Shown here piece after piece: positions 28,209-32,000 of a stretch of 32,000 nucleotides of DNA. Under the pieces are notes generated by a model that saw nothing but the letters and a program-made list of their open reading frames with translations, was not told where the DNA came from and searched no databases. The first letter of the stretch is position 1; each line of letters begins with the position of its first letter. The stretch is from Candidatus Annandia pinicola (lineage in GTDB: Bacteria; Pseudomonadota; Gammaproteobacteria; Enterobacterales; Enterobacteriaceae_A). Location of the stretch: contig NZ_CP045876.1 in assembly GCF_020541245.1 (NCBI RefSeq), forward strand, positions 316,581 through 348,580, given 5' to 3'. A program made the position numbers and the translations under genes.

Positions 28209-28763
28209 TTATAATAAATACCACACATCAGGAAAGAGATTAGCTCCTATGAAGTTTAAAAAATATAATGTAAATATTATTACCATAGCTGAAATATCAA
28301 TTTCTCCTATTTTAGGAACAAAAAGTCTGCATACTCTTAATATAGGCTCTGTAAGTTCAATAAAAAAATACTCTACTACATTAATTTTTCTATTTATCCA
28401 GCTTATTAAAGATCTTATAGTAATATTCCAAAACATTATATATCCATAAGATTTTAATAAAGAAAACATTCCTATGTATAAATATACATAATTAAAATCA
28501 AACATATGTGAGTATAAAAAATATAAAAAACAATATTTAGTTATTACTAACATATACATTTTTAATATAATAAAAAAATAAAAATAACTTAAACATATTA
28601 ATATTTTTTTCCATGGAAAAAATGTAATTTTAGTAAATTTTATTAAAATTATTGATATTGGGTTATAAATATCAGACCTGGCTATTTCCATCCATAATCT
28701 CATAAAAAGCAACATAGTATAAGCATCAAGAAAATTTTTTGAAACAAACATCGAAATTATCAT
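28209..28763 (-). CDS. yggT: YggT-family inner membrane protein
   Basis: 184 aa. YTMLLFMRLWMEIARSDIYNPISIILIKFTK aligns with E. coli YggT YTMVLLLRIWMQWAHCDFYNPFSQFVVKVTQ. The second repeat EYFFIELTEPILRVCRLFVPKIGEIDISAM matches EYVLIQLADPLLRPIRRLLPAMGGIDFSPM. Confidence 0.87.
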   Translation of the reverse strand: MIISMFVSKNFLDAYTMLLFMRLWMEIARSDIYNPISIILIKFTKITFFPWKKILICLSYFYFFIILKMYMLVITKYCFLYFLYSHMFDFNYVYLYIGMFSLLKSYGYIMFWNITIRSLISWINRKINVVEYFFIELTEPILRVCRLFVPKIGEIDISAMVIIFTLYFLNFIGANLFPDVWYLL

Positions 28764-28827
28764 GTATACTCTAATTTAAAATTTTAATGAATTAAATAAA
28801 CTTTATTATAATTATTATTTAAAAAAG

Positions 28828-28855
28828 AATAATTATATATATATATATAATTATT
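28828..28855 (-). terminator. Perfect 28-nt (TA)-centred palindrome followed by C+U6 on the minus strand (candidate weak intrinsic terminator or attenuator)
   Basis: AATAATTATATATATATATATAATTATT is a perfect palindrome, checked pairwise. Reading the minus strand it is followed immediately by CTTTTTT (28827-28821). The stem is A/U only, so its strength is doubtful. It lies between the 13-codon ORF and yggT. Confidence 0.3.
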
Positions 28856-28865
28856 TATTTAATTT

Positions 28866-28907
28866 TTAATTCATTATCTTTTTGATAATACTATTTATTA
28901 TTATCAT
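28866..28907 (-). CDS. 13-codon mini-ORF (MIIINSIIKKIMN) behind a consensus SD; leader peptide or remnant of a deleted gene
   Basis: ATG at 28905-28907 and TAA at 28866-28868. It is preceded by AGGAGGT and a 6-nt spacer. It has no homology support, so this is a very low-confidence coding call. Confidence 0.2.
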   Translation of the reverse strand: MIIINSIIKKIMN

Positions 28908-28913
28908 AAAATA

Positions 28914-28920
28914 ACCTCCT
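28914..28920 (-). promoter_or_regulatory. Consensus Shine-Dalgarno AGGAGGT (the strongest SD seen in the window), preceded by A12
   Basis: The + strand reads acctcct at 28914-28920 followed by T12 (28921-28932). On the minus strand this is A12-AGGAGGT-TATTTT-ATG. A 7-mer with 5 G/C is very unusual in a spacer that is otherwise almost pure A/T. Confidence 0.55.
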
Positions 28921-28971
28921 TTTTTTTTTTAATATAATATATTTATTATATTATTAATTTATAAAAAAAAA

Positions 28972-28993
28972 ATATATATATATATATATATAT
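28972..28993. repeat. (AT)11 dinucleotide microsatellite
   Basis: 22 nt of uninterrupted alternating AT, 14 nt downstream of the ruvX stop, in the ruvX/yggT spacer. Confidence 0.9.
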
Positions 28994-29006
28994 TTATTTA
29001 TTGTTT

Positions 29007-29438
29007 TTAATTTATAATATGTTTTCTTTTAAAATAGCTTTCTAATATTACAACCGCAGAAAGAGAATTAATGTCATATTTACTTCTTATTTTTTTTTTG
29101 TACATTGATATATTATATATAGCTTCTTTAGTACTTAATCTTTCATCATAAAGATGAACAATAATTTTAAAAATAGAATATAATTTTTGTGAAAAATATA
29201 AAGTTTTTTTTGTAATATATTGTTGTTTACCATTCATTTTAATAGGCCATCCTACAATAATTATTTCTGGTTGCCAGTTATCAATAATTTTTTTTATATC
29301 ATTCCAATTAGGTTCACCATTTTTAGATCTTATAGGTTTTAATGGTGTTGCTGTTTTAGTAATATTTTGACCTACAGCAACACCTATATTTTTGATACCA
29401 TAATCAAAAGCAATAGATGTAAATTCATAATATTTCAT
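29007..29438 (-). CDS. ruvX: Putative pre-16S rRNA nuclease / Holliday junction resolvase-like protein YqgF
   Basis: 143 aa. IAFDYGIKNIGVAVGQNITKTATPL, IIVGWPIKMNGKQQ, YDERLSTKEA and NSLSAVVILESYF align with E. coli YqgF ([62 protein letters not shown]). Confidence 0.92.
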   Translation of the reverse strand: MKYYEFTSIAFDYGIKNIGVAVGQNITKTATPLKPIRSKNGEPNWNDIKKIIDNWQPEIIIVGWPIKMNGKQQYITKKTLYFSQKLYSIFKIIVHLYDERLSTKEAIYNISMYKKKIRSKYDINSLSAVVILESYFKRKHIIN

Positions 29439-29474
29439 ATTTTTTATATTATTTTTATTATATTTTTATTATTA

Positions 29475-30854
29475 CTATTTTCCTATTTCTCTTAATTTTT
29501 TTCCTGAAAATAATTTATTTTCAATGTTTTCTAAGGATACACCATTTGTTTCTGGTACAAAAAATATAGTTAAAATAACAAAAAACAAGTTTAAAATTGA
29601 ATAAATAAAGAAAGTATAAATATTACCTATAATATTTATAATGCTTAAAAAAGTTAACCCTACTATCATATTAGCAATAAAATTTGTGGTAGTAGAAATT
29701 GTAATACCAAAATCTCTTCCTTTTAATGGTTGTATTTCAGAACATAACACCCAAGCTAAAGGTCCTGCACTAATTGCAAAACCAGATATAAATATTAAAA
29801 TAAATAAAATATATAAACATTTAACAATTAAATTTATTATATTTAAATATAATAATATACTTAATGAACTCATAGTAACAAACATTACAAAAAAACCTAA
29901 TATTAAAGTTGGTTTACGACCCCATTTATCAACTAACATAATAGCAACTAAAGTAGATAATACATTAATTATTCCAATACAAATAGTACAGTACATTTGA
30001 TCTGATGATTTATTAAAACCTATCATATCAAATATTTTAGGAGCATAATATATAATAACATTAATTCCTGTAAATTGTTGCATAATTTGTAATAAAATAC
30101 CTAAAAAAACTACTTTTCTAAAATTTTTATTGCTAATAAATAAACTTATACCAGTTTGTTTAATTTTTAAACTTTTTTTTATAGAATATAATTCTGACAT
30201 CACTTTTCTTTTATTTTTTCTTAAAAAAAATAAAATATATTTTGCATTAACTAAATTTCCTTTAGATAATAACCATCTAGGACTTTCAGGTAAAAAAAAT
30301 AGTCCTATAAATAATAAAATTGCTGGTATGCTGGTTATTCCTAACATACATCTCCAACTACCAATATAACTAAATATTGTATCAGATATATATGATAATA
30401 AAATACCAATAGTAATCATTAATTGATATAAAGATACCATACTTCCACGATTATTTTTACATGAAATTTCAGATAAATATAAAGGAGCGGTATAAGAAGA
30501 TATTCCCACAGATATTCCTAAAATAATTCTAGATATTATTAAAATATCGGAATTAAATGATAATGAAGCTAATATAGATCCAATAAAAAAAAATAAAGAA
30601 CTAATAATTAAACTTTTTTTTCTTCCAAAATAAGAAGATAATAAACCACTAAATAAAGCTCCAAAAGTAGCTCCTAACATCATAGAACTTACTATCCATT
30701 CTTGTTTAATATTACTTATATTAAAATCTTTAGAGATAAATGGTAATGCTACAGTTATAACACCTATGTTTAAACCAAATAACAAACCAGATAATGCTGC
30801 TATTAAACAAATATAAAAATAAAATAATTCATTATTTTTTATTTTTTTAATCAA
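29475..30854 (-). CDS. galP: MFS sugar porter, galactose/H+ symporter GalP-like
   Basis: 459 aa, alignable end to end with E. coli GalP. Matching motifs include LIAALSGLLFGLNIGVITVALPFI, GRKKSL, YTAPLYLSEI, RGSMVSLYQLMITIGIL, LPESPRW, QQFTGINVIIYYAPKIF, VDKWGRKPTL, GPLAWVLCSEIQPLKGRDFGIT, VPETNGVSLENIE and GKKLREIG. The start codon is TTG (30852-30854), with AAAGGT (30861-30866) 6 nt upstream. Adjacent to metK, as in E. coli. Confidence 0.92.
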   Translation of the reverse strand: MIKKIKNNELFYFYICLIAALSGLLFGLNIGVITVALPFISKDFNISNIKQEWIVSSMMLGATFGALFSGLLSSYFGRKKSLIISSLFFFIGSILASLSFNSDILIISRIILGISVGISSYTAPLYLSEISCKNNRGSMVSLYQLMITIGILLSYISDTIFSYIGSWRCMLGITSIPAILLFIGLFFLPESPRWLLSKGNLVNAKYILFFLRKNKRKVMSELYSIKKSLKIKQTGISLFISNKNFRKVVFLGILLQIMQQFTGINVIIYYAPKIFDMIGFNKSSDQMYCTICIGIINVLSTLVAIMLVDKWGRKPTLILGFFVMFVTMSSLSILLYLNIINLIVKCLYILFILIFISGFAISAGPLAWVLCSEIQPLKGRDFGITISTTTNFIANMIVGLTFLSIINIIGNIYTFFIYSILNLFFVILTIFFVPETNGVSLENIENKLFSGKKLREIGK

Positions 30855-30888
30855 ATTAATACCTTTAATTAAATTACATTTAATTTTA

Positions 30889-30924
30889 AAAATATAATAT
30901 AATTTAAAATTTATATTATATTTT
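30889..30924 (-). terminator. 14-bp perfect A/U stem-loop overlapping the metK stop, 3' arm ending in U-run (weak candidate terminator)
   Basis: AAAATATAATATAA (30889-30902) pairs with TTATATTATATTTT (30911-30924), with an 8-nt loop. On the minus strand the 3' arm ends ...AUAUUUU, followed by U. An A/T-only inverted repeat of this length is expected by chance a few times in the spacers of this window. Confidence 0.25.
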
Positions 30925-32000
30925 ATTTAGATTTTTCAGATAATTCTTGTATTTTATCTAATTTTTCCCAAGAAAAAATTTTTCTACCAAAATGACCATA
31001 TGTAGAAGTTTTTTTATATATAGGTTTTAATAATTTTAACATTTTAATTAATCCATAAGGTCTTAGATCAAAACAATCTTTTATTAACCATAATATTTTA
31101 GAAACTGGTATTTTTTCAGTATTAAAAGTTTCTACCATTATAGAAGTAGGTTCATCAATTCCTATAGCATATGATAATTGAATTTCACATCTATCTGCTA
31201 AATTTGCTGCTACTATATTTTTAGCAATATAACGAGCTGCATATGATGCAGATCTATCTACTTTAGAAGGATCTTTTCCAGAAAAAGAACCACCACCATG
31301 TCTAGAAAAACCTCCATATGTATCTGCTATAATTTTTCTCCCTGTTAAACCACAATCTCCCATAGGACCACCTATAACAAAACGACCAGCAGGATTAATA
31401 AAAAATTTAGTATTTTTTTTTAACCATTTTTTTGGTAAAACTGGTTTAATTATTTCTTCCATTACTGCTTCATTAATATTTTTATAATTTATATCTTTTG
31501 AATGTTGTGTAGAAAATACAACAGTGTCAATTCCAATAATTTTATTATTTTTATATTGAAAAGTAATTTGACTTTTTGCATCAGGATATAACCAAGGTAA
31601 TATGTTTTTTTTTCTAACATAAGATTGTAAATACATTAAACGATGTGCATACATAATTGGTGCTGGCATAAATGTTTTTGTTTCATTAGTTGCATATCCA
31701 AACATTATTCCTTGATCTCCTGCACCTTGTTTAAATAAATTATTATTATTTATACCCTTTTTTATATCTTCAGATTGTTTTCCAATTACATTAATTATAG
31801 AACATAAATTATAATCAAAACCCATTTCATTATTATTATATCCTATATTTTTTATAGTTTTACGTACTATTTTTTCTATGTTAATAGACGCATTAGTAGT
31901 AATTTCACCTCCAACTAATACCATACCAGTTTTTATATAAGTTTCACAAGCTACTCTAGCTTTTATATCTTTTTTTAGAATTTCATCTAATATTGCATCA
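30923..32000 (-). CDS. metK: S-adenosylmethionine synthase (5' end outside window)
   Basis: The track ORF begins at an internal Met ([10 protein letters not shown]). The frame stays open to the window edge: reverse-complementing 31925-31999 gives [25 protein letters not shown], matching E. coli Met[69 protein letters not shown] and the rest are conserved. Confidence 0.97.
   Translation of the reverse strand, partial: DAILDEILKKDIKARVACETYIKTGMVLVGGEITTNASINIEKIVRKTIKNIGYNNNEMGFDYNLCSIINVIGKQSEDIKKGINNNNLFKQGAGDQGIMFGYATNETKTFMPAPIMYAHRLMYLQSYVRKKNILPWLYPDAKSQITFQYKNNKIIGIDTVVFSTQHSKDINYKNINEAVMEEIIKPVLPKKWLKKNTKFFINPAGRFVIGGPMGDCGLTGRKIIADTYGGFSRHGGGSFSGKDPSKVDRSASYAARYIAKNIVAANLADRCEIQLSYAIGIDEPTSIMVETFNTEKIPVSKILWLIKDCFDLRPYGLIKMLKLLKPIYKKTSTYGHFGRKIFSWEKLDKIQELSEKSK

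Noticed and set aside
28172-28228. Longer hemW start at the ATG at 28228 (track ORF, extra MCGIYYKKKNFNKILCDII).
   Set aside because: The extension has no counterpart in HemW homologs and overlaps the yggT 3' end by 20 nt. The AGGAG upstream of it is 17 nt away, which is too far. The ATG at 28171 reproduces the homolog N-terminus. The longer start is kept only as an alternative.
28911-28922. ATAACCTCCTTT resembles the 3' end of 16S rRNA (CACCTCCTTA).
   Set aside because: There is no rRNA-like sequence on either side, where the flanks are pure A/T spacer. The resemblance exists simply because it is the complement of a Shine-Dalgarno sequence on the other strand.
29451-29472. Tandem 11-mer ATTTTTATTAT x2 between the ruvX start and the galP-like stop.
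   Set aside because: It has only two copies, is of low complexity, and sits within a 36-bp spacer. It is most simply a slippage product or chance.
2250-30369. Eight track ORFs lying antisense to or inside longer conserved genes: 2250-2546(+), 12930-13118(-), 14071-14268(-), 17220-17474(+), 22610-22801(+), 28249-28449(+), 29641-30000(+), 30130-30369(+).
   Set aside because: Each one is the shadow frame of a well-supported gene (yabI, rpsT, dnaJ, thrC, dnaB, yggT, galP-like). The translations are low-complexity I/L/F/K/N strings with no recognisable motifs. Stop codons are rare on the antisense strand of AT-rich K/N/I-rich genes, so such ORFs arise by chance.
1-32000. Search for tRNA, rRNA and other structured RNA genes, CRISPR arrays, IS/transposase, integrase, phage, toxin-antitoxin or defence genes.
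   Set aside because: Every spacer is nearly pure A/T, with no G+C islands of tRNA or sRNA size. There are no regularly spaced direct repeats. Every ORF over 80 aa that is not a shadow frame is assigned to a conserved housekeeping family. Nothing supports a mobile or defence element.

Overview
This is an extremely AT-rich, gene-dense window with most genes on the minus strand. Hand counts of single 60-nt lines give about 15% G+C in ileS and about 33% in dnaK, and several spacers contain almost no G or C. It looks like the reduced chromosome of an obligate, Enterobacterales-derived insect endosymbiont with a Blochmannia/Buchnera/Wigglesworthia-like lifestyle. I cannot name the species from sequence alone.

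I recognise 27 protein genes, all housekeeping or amino-acid biosynthesis. In order they are leuB (partial), leuC, leuD, yabI (DedA family), rsmA, carB, carA, dapB, lspA, ileS, rpsT, dnaJ, dnaK, thrC, thrB, thrA, a YitT-family membrane protein, dnaB, tsaD, cca, ydjM, yggX, hemW, yggT, ruvX, a GalP-like sugar/H+ symporter, and metK (partial). Gene order and relative strand reproduce two E. coli K-12 neighbourhoods (thr...leu and metK...yggX), with most intervening genes deleted.

I found no rRNA, tRNA, CRISPR, transposase, phage, toxin-antitoxin or defence genes. I see no evidence for a novel multi-gene system.

The points worth a second look are small-scale:
- A membrane-protein gene whose conserved N-terminus lies upstream of the first ATG and appears to start at ATT behind a good Shine-Dalgarno (SD).
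- The strongest SD in the window (AGGAGGT) drives only a 13-codon ORF, followed by a palindromic hairpin plus U-tract upstream of yggT.
- A 31-bp stem-loop sits between dnaK and dnaJ, and a 19-bp perfect inverted repeat sits in front of rpsT.
- The cca gene has lost its HD-domain signature.
- There is no recognisable sigma-32 promoter or thr leader.
- There are G/C-free spacers up to 284 bp and long coding poly(A) tracts.
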